A DNA stretch of 64,000 nucleotides. It comes from an uncultured Victivallaceae bacterium. Lineage in GTDB: Bacteria; Verrucomicrobiota; Lentisphaeria; Victivallales; GWF2-50-93. Each line of letters starts with the position of its first letter. Position 1 is the first letter of the stretch. Both the position numbers and the translations under genes were made by a program. Location of the stretch: assembly GCA_964636325.1 (NCBI GenBank), contig CAZWRV010000030.1, forward strand, positions 62 to 64,061, written 5' to 3'. This document shows, in pieces, positions 8,949 to 19,094 of the stretch. The notes beneath the pieces are model-generated. The model worked only from the letters and a program-made list of their open reading frames with translations. It was not told the DNA's origin and did not search any database.

Positions 8949-10394
8949 TTAGTTCTTCCAAAGGGCGTTGAGAGATTTTACAGTCTCCTCGACTAGGACG
9001 TCGCCGGCCTCATGGCCGACCTCGTTGCAGTAGACGCATGCGCTGTAGCCCTGGCCCTCTTCGGCCTCGTCCGTGGGGAGGTAGCATATGTAGTCGTATC
9101 CCGCGCAGAGCTGGACGGTGAACGTCTGGACCGCCGGGCTCCGCGCCTGGATCCTTATCCCGAATTCTGAAAAGCATTCGAACGTATTTGTGGCGAAGGC
9201 GACATCGCCCACTCTGACGACATGCAGCTCCATGGGATAGGCCGTGTTTTCCTTCTGCTTCTCATAGCGTTCCAGAACCCTTCTGCAGCGCACCATCCTG
9301 GAATGGAGGATGGACTCCGACTCAAGATAGCTTTCCGAAACCTTTTTCTTCTCCAGCTCGCGGAGCCCCTTCCTCACCATGTCATATTCCTGCCTGGTCA
9401 CCTTTCTCGCGGGCAGCCTGACGGTCCTGACCAGATGGCCGGTCTCGGCCGAGCTTCTCATATCCTTCATGGCCGGCGGCAGGGCGTCGGCGAAGGCCGC
9501 GCATATCCTGTTTGCGATTTCCTGCCGCGGAGAGAGGCCTTTCAGCTCGAGCATGCGCTTCTCGGCGTTCTTGTTGAAGATGAGGTGGGGCGAGAGATCC
9601 CCGGAAGGGGCGCACTGCGGCAGCAGGAAGAGCTTCTTCCCGTATTTATTCCTGAGGCTCTGCCGGACCTCATGCCAGAAGTCCGCGGACATTTCGTTCA
9701 AGCACTCTGCCTGCTGGGACGGGCACGCGATGTTTACGACGGCGCCGGTAAGCCGTTTCGCAGTGTCGAAGGTGAAGAGGAAATGGGCGCTGTGGTCCGC
9801 ATATCCTTCGATCCCCTTGAATTTCGGATCGTTGGTATTGCCGTACATCCTGGCGTTCCTGTGGATGCTCATGCCCGCATGGTCGAAGTGGCCGGGCCTT
9901 TTGCTCAGATCGTCGGAATACAGGGCCCTTCTGCTGTGGCATGTCACGGCGTAGCCCATGGCCCAGGCGACATGGCCGGGCCTGCGCCCCTTCCAGCTCT
10001 CGGCGGCGGCCTCGGCGACGCGATCCGAGAAGAATTCAGAATATTCGTCCGGAGTCATGACTCCGTCCGGGACGGGCGGATACCATCGTCCCATCATATC
10101 CGGGGCGTCATGGGTATGCGTTGCGCTCAGGATCAGCCTGTCCGCCGGGAAATCTTCCGCGAGCTTCGCAAGCTTCCGCCTCACAAGCTCAAGGACATGA
10201 AGCGGGACATAGCAGGTGTCGCACGAAACCCAGATGAACGATCCGCCGTCCTTCCCCGAAGAGACCGCGAGCGCGGTGACAGTGAGCGGATCGTTCACCT
10301 TCGACGTTATCCGAGAGTGGAACTGCCCGAACAAGTTGACCGTTCTCCCTGGCGTCACATCCCGCGACGCCCAGCCGATTAGAATCTTTTCCAT
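8949..10394 (-). CDS. Hypothetical hydrolase, neutral/alkaline ceramidase N-terminal-domain-like
   Basis: 481 aa. The N-terminus ILIGWASRDVTPG...DPLTVTALAV...SATHTHDAPD follows the pattern I recall for ceramidase-like N-terminal domains (G.A..DITP ... ATHTHSGP). The family call is from memory only. Confidence 0.5.
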   Translation of the reverse strand: MEKILIGWASRDVTPGRTVNLFGQFHSRITSKVNDPLTVTALAVSSGKDGGSFIWVSCDTCYVPLHVLELVRRKLAKLAEDFPADRLILSATHTHDAPDMMGRWYPPVPDGVMTPDEYSEFFSDRVAEAAAESWKGRRPGHVAWAMGYAVTCHSRRALYSDDLSKRPGHFDHAGMSIHRNARMYGNTNDPKFKGIEGYADHSAHFLFTFDTAKRLTGAVVNIACPSQQAECLNEMSADFWHEVRQSLRNKYGKKLFLLPQCAPSGDLSPHLIFNKNAEKRMLELKGLSPRQEIANRICAAFADALPPAMKDMRSSAETGHLVRTVRLPARKVTRQEYDMVRKGLRELEKKKVSESYLESESILHSRMVRCRRVLERYEKQKENTAYPMELHVVRVGDVAFATNTFECFSEFGIRIQARSPAVQTFTVQLCAGYDYICYLPTDEAEEGQGYSACVYCNEVGHEAGDVLVEETVKSLNALWKN

Positions 10395-10410
10395 CTTAAC
10401 ACCTTCTGAT

Positions 10411-10440
10411 TACACTCATTTAACGTGAAAATCTACATTA
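10411..10440. repeat. Solo terminal repeat of the R3 MITE-like family
   Basis: TACACTCATTTAACGTGAAAATCTACATTA matches the left ends of R3 copies (TATACTCATTTGGCGTGGAAATTGACATTTTA; TATACTCTTTTAGCGTGAAAATTTACATTTTG) at about 25/32 positions. It lies 17 nt upstream of the 8949-10394 gene start. Confidence 0.5.
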
Positions 10441-10682
10441 TCGTCGCTAATTGAACGCTGCGCGATTGAGAGGACAAGAGTAAAAAATTGCGATTGATGA
10501 AACTCCGTTGCTTTTTCGTGCGGCCCTGCGCGCTTCCCGGCCTGCCCCGGAATAAGATCTCAATATGCCGGTCTTCGCCTTGAAAACCGCGTTTGCCGCA
10601 CTACAATACACACCCCGCGTATGCGGAACCAAAATTTGCAATCATCTCGACATATAAAAAATAGCAACGAAAGGTGGCTGCG

Positions 10683-11861
10683 ATGTTCGGAAACACATTC
10701 GGAAGGCTTTTCAGGATTACGTGCTGCGGCGAGTCCTACTCTGGAGGGTTCAGGAAGCACCTCCCCGTTCCGAAGGAGCTCTACGGCGGCCTGATGACCA
10801 TCGTCGACGGCGTGCCGGCCGGCATTAAGATCACCGCGGAGATGGTCCAGCACGAGCTCGACAAGCGCAAGCCCGGCCAGACGCCGCTAGATTCTCCTAG
10901 GAAGGAAATTGACAAAGTCTACATATTCTCCGGTGTCATGGAGGGCGACATAACCTCGGGCGCGCCTGTGGGAATGGTCATCCCCAACGTGGACATCCAG
11001 GACGTCCACATCGGCCAGTACCGCAGCTACAAGGACGAGATACGCCCCGGCCACGCCGAATACGGCTATTTCAAGAAATACGGCCGGCATGCGGACTGGG
11101 TCGGCGCCGGACGCGCCAGCGGTCGCGAGACCGCAAGCCGCGTCGCCGGCGGGGCCGTAGCCAAGGCCATACTCGACCGCATGGGCATCGACGTGATCGC
11201 ATACACCGTGGAGTCCAACGGCATCAAGGCGAAGCCCTTGAGCTACGTGGATGCGAAGAAGAACTACAGGAAGAACGATATCAACTGCCCAGACCTGGAG
11301 ATAGCCCCGAAAATGATCGAGGACGTCCTTAAGATCAAGGATGAAGGCGACACCGCCGCCGGAATCGTCGAGTGCGTCGCAGTCGGAGTCCCCGCCGGCC
11401 TCGGCGAACCGGTATTCGACAAGCTCAGCGCCATGCTGGCGCATGGGATATGTTCGATCGGCGCCATCAAGGGAATCGAGTTCGGAGCCGGCTTCGAACA
11501 TGCCCGGATGAAAGGCTCGCAGTCGAACGACAGGGCATACGTCGAAAAAAAGACCGGGCGCGTCCGGTTCAAGACCAACAATTCCGGAGGCATCCTCGGC
11601 GGGATTTCCAACGGGGAGGAGATACGGATCCGCTGCGCCGTCAAAGCGACCCCGACCGTCTCCGTCCCGCAGGAGACAGTCAACGTCGACAAGATGAAGG
11701 ACGTGATCCTCAAGCCCATCACGCGCAGGGATCCCAGCCTTCTGCCGAGGATATATCCAGTCATCGAGGCCATGGTCCGCTGCGTCCTCGTCGACGCCAT
11801 CTACATGGCCGAGGCCTACTGGAAGGTCGCCGAAGTCGAGAAGAAATGGCTGAAGATATGA
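10683..11861 (+). CDS. aroC: Chorismate synthase
   Basis: [23 protein letters not shown]-terminus and full-length collinear family pattern. Start set at MFGNTF rather than the MAAM extension. Confidence 0.95.
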   Translation: MFGNTFGRLFRITCCGESYSGGFRKHLPVPKELYGGLMTIVDGVPAGIKITAEMVQHELDKRKPGQTPLDSPRKEIDKVYIFSGVMEGDITSGAPVGMVIPNVDIQDVHIGQYRSYKDEIRPGHAEYGYFKKYGRHADWVGAGRASGRETASRVAGGAVAKAILDRMGIDVIAYTVESNGIKAKPLSYVDAKKNYRKNDINCPDLEIAPKMIEDVLKIKDEGDTAAGIVECVAVGVPAGLGEPVFDKLSAMLAHGICSIGAIKGIEFGAGFEHARMKGSQSNDRAYVEKKTGRVRFKTNNSGGILGGISNGEEIRIRCAVKATPTVSVPQETVNVDKMKDVILKPITRRDPSLLPRIYPVIEAMVRCVLVDAIYMAEAYWKVAEVEKKWLKI

Positions 11862-13072
11862 TTGGAAAGGCGCTCATGAAGGTCGTAGTCGCATATTCGG
11901 GAGGGCTGGACACTTCGGTGATCCTGAGCTGGGTGAAGGAGAAATACAACGCCGAAGTAATCGCTTTCTGCGCGGACATCGGCCAGGAGGAGGAGCTGAA
12001 GGGGCTGGACAAGAAGGCCCTGAGGACCGGCGCAAGCAAGTGCTACATCGAGGATTTGCGCGAGGAGTTCGCCAGGGACTTTGTATTCCCCATGATGCAG
12101 GCGAACGCGATCTACGAGGGCAGCTACCTGCTCGGGACGTCCATCGCAAGGCCCCTCATCGCCAAGCACCTCATAGAAATCGCCCGCAAGGAGAAGGCGG
12201 ACGCCATCTGCCACGGCGCGACCGGCAAGGGCAACGACCAGGTCAGGTTCGAGCTGACAGCCTACGCCTTCCAGCCTAACATAAAGATCATCGCCCCATG
12301 GAGGATATGGAACTTCAAGGCGCGCTCCGACCTGATCGAGTACGCAAAGAAGCACAAGATCCCGGTGCCGGTGACCGCGTCAAAGCCCTACAGCATGGAC
12401 AGGAATCTGCTTCACATCAGCTTTGAAGGAGGTATCCTCGAGGATCCTTGGGCCGAGCCGCCGGCCGACCTTGGAGTCCTTACCAGCAGCATCGACAAGA
12501 CACCCGACAAAGGCGAGTATGTCGAGGTTGCATTTGAAAAGGGGATACCGGTCAAGGTCAACGGCAAGAAGCTCAGCCCCGCGAAGCTCATGACGGAGCT
12601 TAACAAAATCGGAGGAAAGCACGGCGTCGGCCGCGTGGACCTCGTAGAGAACCGCTTTGTCGGGATGAAGTCGCGCGGCGTCTACGAGACCCCCGGCGGA
12701 ACGATACTGCACGTCGCGCACCGCGCCATGGAGAGCATAACGATGGACAGGGAGGTCATGCACCTGCGCGACAGCTGGATCCCGACCTACGCCAGGCTCG
12801 TCTACAACGGATTCTGGTTCGCGCCCGAGCGGGAAGTCCTTCAGGCCGCGATCACCGAAGGCCAGAAGTTCGTCACCGGCGAAGTCAGGCTCAAGCTCTT
12901 CAAGGGCAGCTGCGTCGTCTGCGGAAGGCGCTCGCCGTTCAGCCTGTACGATCCGAACATCGCGACGTTCGAGAAGGATTCGGTCTACAACCAGGCCGAC
13001 GCGGAAGGCTTCATAAAGCTCAACGCGCTCCGCCTCAGGGTCAGGGCGAACAGCAGGCAGAAGAAGTATTGA
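11858..13072 (+). CDS. argG: Argininosuccinate synthase
   Basis: [22 protein letters not shown]..., ADIGQ, and the [13 protein letters not shown] signature. An ATGA overlap with the aroC stop gives a start at 11858; an alternative ATG is at 11875. The 566-aa track ORF from 11372 is an upstream out-of-gene extension. Confidence 0.95.
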   Translation: MIGKALMKVVVAYSGGLDTSVILSWVKEKYNAEVIAFCADIGQEEELKGLDKKALRTGASKCYIEDLREEFARDFVFPMMQANAIYEGSYLLGTSIARPLIAKHLIEIARKEKADAICHGATGKGNDQVRFELTAYAFQPNIKIIAPWRIWNFKARSDLIEYAKKHKIPVPVTASKPYSMDRNLLHISFEGGILEDPWAEPPADLGVLTSSIDKTPDKGEYVEVAFEKGIPVKVNGKKLSPAKLMTELNKIGGKHGVGRVDLVENRFVGMKSRGVYETPGGTILHVAHRAMESITMDREVMHLRDSWIPTYARLVYNGFWFAPEREVLQAAITEGQKFVTGEVRLKLFKGSCVVCGRRSPFSLYDPNIATFEKDSVYNQADAEGFIKLNALRLRVRANSRQKKY

Positions 13073-13092
13073 TGCGGCAATTCCGCATCAAT
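13070..13092 (+). terminator. Hairpin overlapping argG stop codon (weak terminator candidate)
   Basis: TTGATGCGG-CAATT-CCGCATCAA: a perfect 9-bp stem, but no T-run follows. Confidence 0.3.
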
Positions 13093-13139
13093 AAAATTCA
13101 GAATACCGAAACCCGAAAGAATGATAAATTCCAAAATCC

Positions 13140-13172
13140 GGACGTCAAAAAGTTTTGTCCCTTTTTATTTTT
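13140..13172 (+). terminator. Weak intrinsic terminator candidate after argG
   Basis: GGAC...GTCC short stem followed by CTTTTTATTTTT. The surrounding spacer is AT-rich. Confidence 0.3.
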
Positions 13173-13232
13173 GATGTTTTGAAATTGTTTCGAAATTCGT
13201 AATTCGGATTTCGAATTTACCCGAGGATATAT

Positions 13233-14597
13233 ATGCAGCCCGTCAAAGTTCTTCTCTCCGACAAGGAGATTCCGCGCAGGTGGTACAACATCCAGGCCGA
13301 TCTTCCGAATCCGCTCCATCCGCCGCTGAACCCCGTGACCGGCAGGCCAGTCGGCCCGGATGATCTGGCGCCTGTCTTTCCGATGAACCTGATCGAGCAG
13401 GAGGTGAGCACGGAGCGCTGGATCGACATTCCGGAGCCGGTGCTTGGGAAATACGCACTCTACCGCCCTTCGCCGCTCTACCGGGCCGTGAACTTCGAGA
13501 AGGCGCTGGGAACTCCGGCGAAGATCTACTTCAAGAACGAGGGTGTCTCCCCGGCGGGCAGCCACAAGCCGAACTCCGCGCTGCCGCAGGCATACTACAA
13601 CAAGGTGTTTGGCATAAAGAGGCTGACGACCGAGACTGGCGCAGGACAGTGGGGCAGCGCGCTGAGCCTTGCATGCTGCCTCTTCGGCCTGAAGCTCAAG
13701 GTCTACATGGTTCGCATCAGCTTCGAGCACAAGCCCTTCCGAAAGCACATGATGAACATATGGGGCGCCGAGTGCGTGCCCAGCCCCAGCCGCGACACGG
13801 AGGCCGGACGGAAAGTCCTGGCCGAGATGCCTGACACCCCCGGCAGCCTCGGGATCGCCATAAGCGAGGCCGTAGAGGACGCCGTCACCTCCAAGGACAC
13901 GAAATACTCCCTCGGCAGCGTGCTCAACTTCGTCTGCCTGCACCAGACTGTCATCGGCCTCGAGGCGCAGAAGCAGATGAAGAAGATCGGCGAATACCCC
14001 GACACGGTGATCGGCTGCGTCGGAGGCGGCTCCAACTTCGCCGGGATATCCTTCCCGTTCGTCCAGGACAAGATAAACGGGAAGAAGGTCGCGGTGATCG
14101 GCGCCGAGCCGACCGCGTGCCCGACCATGACCAAGGGGCCCTTCATATACGACTACGGGGACAACTCGAAGATGACCCCGCTGCTGGCCATGCATTCGCT
14201 CGGGCACAACTTCATACCCGCGCCGCTGCACGCCGGCGGGCTCCGCTACCACGGAGTCGCGCCGCTCGTGAGCAGGCTCCTCGTGGACGGCCTGATCGAG
14301 GCGCGCTCCTACAACCAGCTCGAATGCTACAAGTATGCGTTGCTCTGGGCCAGGACCGAGGCGTTCATTCCCGCTCCGGAGGCCTCGCACGCCATCGCCG
14401 CAGTCGCGGCCGAGGCGCTGAAGGCGAAGGAGGAGGGCAAGGAAAAGACGATACTCTTCTGCTGGTCGGGCCACGGGCTCCTGGATCTTACCGGCTACGA
14501 GGCTTATATGGCCGGGAAGCTGACCGACTACGAGCTGCCGGACGAGGAGATCGCCAAGACCATCGCACGCCTGTCCTCCCATCCCAGGCCGGAATGA
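13233..14597 (+). CDS. trpB: TrpB-like PLP-dependent enzyme (tryptophan synthase beta chain, TrpB2 type)
   Basis: N-terminus [23 protein letters not shown].., GSHKPNSAL (PLP lysine region) and GGGSNFAGI are characteristic of the long TrpB2 subfamily. The 559-aa antisense ORF is a GC shadow. Confidence 0.9.
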   Translation: MQPVKVLLSDKEIPRRWYNIQADLPNPLHPPLNPVTGRPVGPDDLAPVFPMNLIEQEVSTERWIDIPEPVLGKYALYRPSPLYRAVNFEKALGTPAKIYFKNEGVSPAGSHKPNSALPQAYYNKVFGIKRLTTETGAGQWGSALSLACCLFGLKLKVYMVRISFEHKPFRKHMMNIWGAECVPSPSRDTEAGRKVLAEMPDTPGSLGIAISEAVEDAVTSKDTKYSLGSVLNFVCLHQTVIGLEAQKQMKKIGEYPDTVIGCVGGGSNFAGISFPFVQDKINGKKVAVIGAEPTACPTMTKGPFIYDYGDNSKMTPLLAMHSLGHNFIPAPLHAGGLRYHGVAPLVSRLLVDGLIEARSYNQLECYKYALLWARTEAFIPAPEASHAIAAVAAEALKAKEEGKEKTILFCWSGHGLLDLTGYEAYMAGKLTDYELPDEEIAKTIARLSSHPRPE

Positions 14598-14625
14598 GCT
14601 GAACTTCCTCTTTGTCTTAGCCTGA

Positions 14626-14687
14626 ATTATACATAAACGGTTGCCGTTTATGTATAATCCACTTCTGCGCAAAGAGTTGCGCAGAAG
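14626..14687. repeat. Two adjacent perfect hairpins 3' of trpB
   Basis: ATTATACATAAACGG-TTG-CCGTTTATGTATAAT (15-bp stem) followed by CTTCTGCGC-AAAGAGTT-GCGCAGAAG (9-bp stem). Confidence 0.6.
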
Positions 14688-14774
14688 CCGTGATGTTGGC
14701 AAAATGAAATTTGCCGACAAGCGGAGGTTGCCATGTTTCTCGTTGCAGCGCAACGAGATAGGGGGTGGATTATT

Positions 14775-14823
14775 CACAATTTCCGATTAGGGCACAGGAC
14801 ATATGCCCTAATCGGAAATTGTG
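14775..14823. repeat. 20-bp perfect inverted repeat
   Basis: CACAATTTCCGATTAGGGCA - 9-nt loop - TGCCCTAATCGGAAATTGTG. It is preceded by GGATTATTCACAA, which resembles the CTGAATTATTCACAA arm at 50104. Confidence 0.7.
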
Positions 14824-14896
14824 CAAAATGTTTATGCGCATATTTTGGACTTCGAACGCTCAACGCCGAATGAAGCTGAACAATCGGATTTAACAA

Positions 14897-14987
14897 TTCA
14901 GATTTCCGGCGCCCCTCGCTGAAAAGCCACAAGAGTATTTTCCAGCATTTCCAGCCGATTGATAGGTGCGGGTCAGGAAATCTGAAG
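14897..14987. repeat. R4 element (about 92 bp, terminal inverted repeats TTCAGATTTCC / GGAAATCTGAA)
   Basis: About 80% identical to 37262-37353. It starts immediately after the stop codon of the 14988-16568 gene. Confidence 0.75.
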
Positions 14988-16568
14988 CTACTTGATCTTC
15001 AGTGCGTCCCATCGCTTCTGGCCGCCGCCTATTGGAAGCTTGTAGCTGCCGCTCATGGTTGCGCCGGGGTTCATCATCTTGGAGCGGTTGTAGTAGACGA
15101 CTTCCCCGTTGACCACCTGCTTCTTGTTCCATGCGCGCAACTCCTCGACGTATTTGCCTTCGGGGGATAGGACTTCCTGCGGGACGAACTCGCGCTTGCC
15201 GCCTGGTGGGATCCATTCGAACTTCATGGTGATTATCCCGCAGACCTCGGTCAGGGAAATCTTTATGTCATATTTCTTTCCTGCCTCCAGGATGACCTTC
15301 TGGCTGTATTCTGTCGGAGCCTGCTCCTTCCATGCGTCTATAAGGACGCTGTCGCCGAGCCAGAAACGCGAACCGTCGTCCGCTGTTATGAAGAAAGTGT
15401 ATTCTCCGCCAACCTTTGGAATCAGCTGCCCTGCCCAGATCATCGATATTAGATCGGCCGTAAACTCCTCGTTCGGCTTCTTGGCCCCCCACTCGAAGTC
15501 CAGTTCAGGGTCGATCTTTTCGATGGTCTTCCCTCTAAAGGTCATCCATTCGAAATATGAGGCATAAAGCCCTCCTGCCCAAGCGCCGGTTACAGCTATG
15601 TCGCTGTCGTTGTATTCAGGATGGAAGGCCTTGGCCATGACCTTGCAGGGGCGGTTGAGGGTGATCGGCTCCTTGTAGAGCGGGGAGTCCTCGTTGGGCT
15701 CATCGCCGTTGAGCGTATATCGGATTTCCGCGTCAAGGGTTGGACAGCTTATGACGAACGGCTTCGACGGCTCGAAAATTCCGCCGTCGCACTCGAATAC
15801 CGGCGTGGCGGCCGCGGGATAAAGAATCCTGTCAGCTATCCTGGCGACCCTCTTCGCCTCCAGTTCCTGGAGCCTTTTCTCGTAAGCCTCGCGGTCGGCC
15901 TTGATCCATATCCTGCCGTCGACCAGGAGGAGCTCGTCATGCTTCTTGAGGAACTCGTCGGTCACGGCGGCGCCGAATTCGTCGAGCGTCCCCTTCACCG
16001 GTTCCTTGGAATAGTAGAAGTCGGTGTATTCCTGGATCAGGGCCGCCCTCTTCTCCTTGTCTCCGACCTTCGCGAAGAGGAGTGCGACCTCCTTGGAATT
16101 GATGATCGGATACTGCTGGAAAATCTCCATCTGGAGGTTTTCCCTGTATTCCAGAAGCTTGGCGTTGTATTCGTTCTTCTTCTTCCTGAGGTAGGCCTCC
16201 CTCTCCTTCTTGTTTTCCTCGGGAAAATATTTCAGCAAGTCCTTCCTGCCGAGGTCGTCGTTCAGTATCTTGGTGGAGCCGATCTGGACGAACCTTCCGT
16301 CAACGACGCCATTGTATTTACCCTTGGCGGTCTTCCTTCCGTTCATATAGGACAATGTGACCTCGGCGCCGAGCTGCGCCTGCGGAAAGGCCTCGTCGAA
16401 GTCCTTGTTGGCCTTGTCGGAGTCGAACTCAGGATACGTGGCCATCTTCTCGTCGTAGGCCTTCTGGCCGGCGGGCGAAAGGCTCTTGCTGGTGACGGCG
16501 ACCACGGAAGAGCAGGCGAAGACGGCGGCCGAGGCCGCCAAGGCGTGAACAAGTCTTAAATGTGGCAT
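14988..16568 (-). CDS. Secreted PA14-domain protein with chitobiase/hexosaminidase-C-like (FN3-associated) module
   Basis: Signal peptide. Central IRYTLNGDEPNEDSPLY module. C-terminal GLYASYFEW...FTADLISMIWAGQLIP..GGEYTFFITADDGSRFWLGD matches the PA14 pattern. Confidence 0.8.
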   Translation of the reverse strand: MPHLRLVHALAASAAVFACSSVVAVTSKSLSPAGQKAYDEKMATYPEFDSDKANKDFDEAFPQAQLGAEVTLSYMNGRKTAKGKYNGVVDGRFVQIGSTKILNDDLGRKDLLKYFPEENKKEREAYLRKKKNEYNAKLLEYRENLQMEIFQQYPIINSKEVALLFAKVGDKEKRAALIQEYTDFYYSKEPVKGTLDEFGAAVTDEFLKKHDELLLVDGRIWIKADREAYEKRLQELEAKRVARIADRILYPAAATPVFECDGGIFEPSKPFVISCPTLDAEIRYTLNGDEPNEDSPLYKEPITLNRPCKVMAKAFHPEYNDSDIAVTGAWAGGLYASYFEWMTFRGKTIEKIDPELDFEWGAKKPNEEFTADLISMIWAGQLIPKVGGEYTFFITADDGSRFWLGDSVLIDAWKEQAPTEYSQKVILEAGKKYDIKISLTEVCGIITMKFEWIPPGGKREFVPQEVLSPEGKYVEELRAWNKKQVVNGEVVYYNRSKMMNPGATMSGSYKLPIGGGQKRWDALKIK

Positions 16569-16667
16569 GTTGGAGGCACCCTCATTATTCCCTTACATAA
16601 AATTATGCAAGATGTTCTGCTGTCGTTTGAACATCCTACTTCGAACAAAATATTTCGGATTTGAATG

Positions 16668-16945
16668 TTATACTCTTTTAGCGTGAAAATTTACATTTTG
16701 ACGAGCAAGATTTGGGATTGGATTTTTTCGTTCCGACCGAGCGGCGACATGAATGTCGTCCGAGGAAGGAACGGAAAAATACGGCCCAAAGAAGCTCGCC
16801 GCAAGGCGGTTGCGGTCTTTCGGTTTTGCTCCGCCCCCTTCGAGAACCTTCGACACCTCGGTATCGGCGATCTCTCAGAATGCGAAGCAAATTCCAAAAT
16901 CCCAGCAATCAAAATGTAAATTTTTCAGCCTATAAGGAGTATATA
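16668..16945 (+). mobile_element. R3 MITE-like element, copy 1 (about 275 bp, about 35-bp terminal inverted repeats, no ORF)
   Basis: Collinear with 34659-34935 at about 85% identity. The ends TATACTCTTTTAGCGTGAAAATTTACATTTTGA and TCAAAATGTAAATTTTTCAGCCTATAAGGAGTATA are inverted repeats of each other. The many short overlapping track ORFs here are not protein-like. Confidence 0.65.
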
Positions 16946-16987
16946 TGTTGAACGATCAACGTTGGATTTTCAAGCTGTCGCGCCCTA

Positions 16988-19048
16988 TCACCCCAGGAAC
17001 TGTGCGATGACCTGCTGGAGGGTTGCCAGCTTGAAGGGCTTCGAGATATGGGCGTCCATGCCGCACTTCAGGCAGAGGCGCTTGTCCTCCTCCATCGCGT
17101 TCGCGGTCATGGCGACGATAGGGATCCTGCGCCCCGTGCCGGCTTCGAGCTTGCGAATCTCCTCGGTCGTCCTGTATCCGTCGAGGACCGGCATTTCGCA
17201 GTCCATGAAGACTATGTCGAACTGGCCGTCCTTGAACTTCTTCAGCGCCTCTTCGCCGTTGACGGCGATGGTGACCTTCACGCCGAGACGGTCGAGGAAG
17301 ATCTGCTCCATCTTCCTGTTCACGGGATCGTCCTCAGCGACGAGGGCCCTTATCTCCTTCGAGACCGGCTGCGCCTCCGCGGCGGGCTTCTCCTCCATCT
17401 TCCTTGCCTTCTTCTGGCGCATATCCCTTACGGTCTGTTCGTCCGAGAGACCGAAAGGCAGTTCGAAGACGAATTCGGAGCCCTTGCCCTTCTCGCTCCT
17501 GGCCGATATCCGCCCGCCCATCTGCTCGATCAGGTGCTTGCAGACCGCGAGGCCGAGGTTGACCGCGCCGAACTTGCGCGTGACGTCCACCTGCTCCTTG
17601 GTGAAGTCGAAGATGCGGTCCAGCTTCTCCGCGGAGATGCCCAGGCCCGTGTCCTTGACGGTGAAACGCATCCTCGCCTTCTGGCCGTCCTTCTCAAGGC
17701 ACACGAGGGAGACGGAGACGCCGCCGGCCTCGGTGAACTTGAGCCCGTTGGAGACGAGGACATACATAATCTGGCTTATCCTGGCCGGATCTCCGGAAAG
17801 GAAGACGGGCGCGCCGCACATATCCAGCTCCAGGCGGAGCCCCTTCTCCTTGGCCTTGACCGAAAGCATGTCGAGTGTCTCGTTCAGCACCTCCGCCAGA
17901 TCGAAAGGAACGGTCTTTATCTCGATTTTCCCGGTCTCTACCGCCTCGAAGTCCCTGATGCCGTCGATGACGTTCACGAGGACCTGGCTGGACTGGGCGA
18001 TGGTCTCCGCGTATTCCCTCTGCTTCGGGTCGAGCTTGGTCTCGAGGAGGAGGTCCGACATCCCGCAGATGCCGGTCATCGGCGTCCTGAGCTCATGGCT
18101 CATGCTAGCGAGGAAGTTGCTCTTGGCCTGGCTTCCAATCTCGGCCTGGATGGCGAGGTTTTTGACGGTCTGTATCAGCTCTTCGATCCTGTTCACCATG
18201 GATTCGGCGGACCTGCCGATGAAGCTCAGCTCGTCGAACTTCAGCCGTTCCGTGTCGAGCACGGCGTCCTTGCGCTCGGCGTATGCCTGGAAATAGCCGA
18301 GGAGCACGTCCATCTGCGTCTTGAGGTTCTTGGAGAACTTGACGGAGAACAGTATCGCCACGATGGCCAGGAATACGGAGATGCACATTATCAGCGCGAA
18401 GTCGGTGATGAGGTCTATCTTGAGCGCCAGGACGGAGATGGATCTTCCAACGTTGTAGCCGCTGTCGCCGAATTCTGCGCATATTATCCAGTTCCACTTC
18501 GGGTTCCGATACTTTTCGCCGTAGTATATGATGTCCTTGCCCGAGACGTTGTAGTTCGCGAGGGCGCGGCCGCCGCCCTCCTTCGCGTCCTTGATCAGCT
18601 TCAGGTAGGGTGCGGAGAGGCTCTCGTTGTTGGCGGCCTGTATCCTCTTGTTGGCCAGGGTCTTGTAGAGAGGATGGTAGAGCAGGACGCCTTCCTCGGT
18701 GAAGACGGAGACGTTCACATAGTTGTCGGAGCCGAACCTTATCCCGTTGAGCTGCTGGACTATCTCGCTCTGTACCTTGGAAAGCGCGCCGCCCTCCGGC
18801 TGCGGGGCGTCGGGATCCTCCCCGAGGTATCCGCGCTGGTAGTCGATGAACTTGACGACGTTGGCGACCTCGTTCTTTAGGAGGTTCAGCTTGAAGTCCT
18901 CGGTGAAGCTGTCGGAGAGCAGCCTCCTGTCCGTATAGGCCTGGTAGCGCAGGTAGAACAGGAACCCAGTGAAGATGACCGAGATGATGACGATGGTGCC
19001 TATCCACGAATAAAGGCTGGTCCTTACTATGCTGGTGTTCTTTTGCAC
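16988..19048 (-). CDS. Hybrid sensor histidine kinase / response regulator (periplasmic Cache-like sensor, HisKA, HATPase_c, REC)
   Basis: Two TM segments flank an extracytoplasmic domain. H-box [10 protein letters not shown] boxes, and a C-terminal receiver ([15 protein letters not shown], ..KPF). No HPt domain. Confidence 0.9.
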   Translation of the reverse strand: MQKNTSIVRTSLYSWIGTIVIISVIFTGFLFYLRYQAYTDRRLLSDSFTEDFKLNLLKNEVANVVKFIDYQRGYLGEDPDAPQPEGGALSKVQSEIVQQLNGIRFGSDNYVNVSVFTEEGVLLYHPLYKTLANKRIQAANNESLSAPYLKLIKDAKEGGGRALANYNVSGKDIIYYGEKYRNPKWNWIICAEFGDSGYNVGRSISVLALKIDLITDFALIMCISVFLAIVAILFSVKFSKNLKTQMDVLLGYFQAYAERKDAVLDTERLKFDELSFIGRSAESMVNRIEELIQTVKNLAIQAEIGSQAKSNFLASMSHELRTPMTGICGMSDLLLETKLDPKQREYAETIAQSSQVLVNVIDGIRDFEAVETGKIEIKTVPFDLAEVLNETLDMLSVKAKEKGLRLELDMCGAPVFLSGDPARISQIMYVLVSNGLKFTEAGGVSVSLVCLEKDGQKARMRFTVKDTGLGISAEKLDRIFDFTKEQVDVTRKFGAVNLGLAVCKHLIEQMGGRISARSEKGKGSEFVFELPFGLSDEQTVRDMRQKKARKMEEKPAAEAQPVSKEIRALVAEDDPVNRKMEQIFLDRLGVKVTIAVNGEEALKKFKDGQFDIVFMDCEMPVLDGYRTTEEIRKLEAGTGRRIPIVAMTANAMEEDKRLCLKCGMDAHISKPFKLATLQQVIAQFLG

Positions 19049-19094
19049 TTAAGTTCTCCTTGAGGAAAAACTCGCCGGGCGATGCATTATTCTA

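Noticed and set aside
10620-10645. Sigma-54 promoter-like sequence GGAACCAAAATTTGCA upstream of aroC
   Set aside because: The GG-to-GC spacing is 11 nt rather than 10, and the TGGCAC core is poor. There is no reason to expect sigma-54 control of aroC. I also found no good TGGCAC-N5-TTGC match elsewhere by eye.
11372-11857. N-terminal 160-aa extension of the argG track ORF (566 aa)
   Set aside because: The extension lies inside aroC in another frame and is Arg/Pro-rich nonsense. The ArgG family sequence starts at [14 protein letters not shown].
13098-14777. 559-aa ORF antisense to trpB, and similar long antisense ORFs: 17048-18880, 24246-25337, 45135-46373, 1380-2282, 9222-10382, 22324-23205, 28323-29198, 41880-42866, 48599-49531
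   Set aside because: They are Arg/Pro/Gly/Leu/Asp-rich, low-complexity translations of the opposite strand of genes with unambiguous family signatures. This is the typical shadow-ORF effect of high GC3.
16665-16951. Cluster of 60-85-aa overlapping ORFs in all frames (also 34627-34957)
   Set aside because: They lie within the two R3 MITE-like copies. No frame is conserved between copies better than the DNA itself, and none is protein-like.
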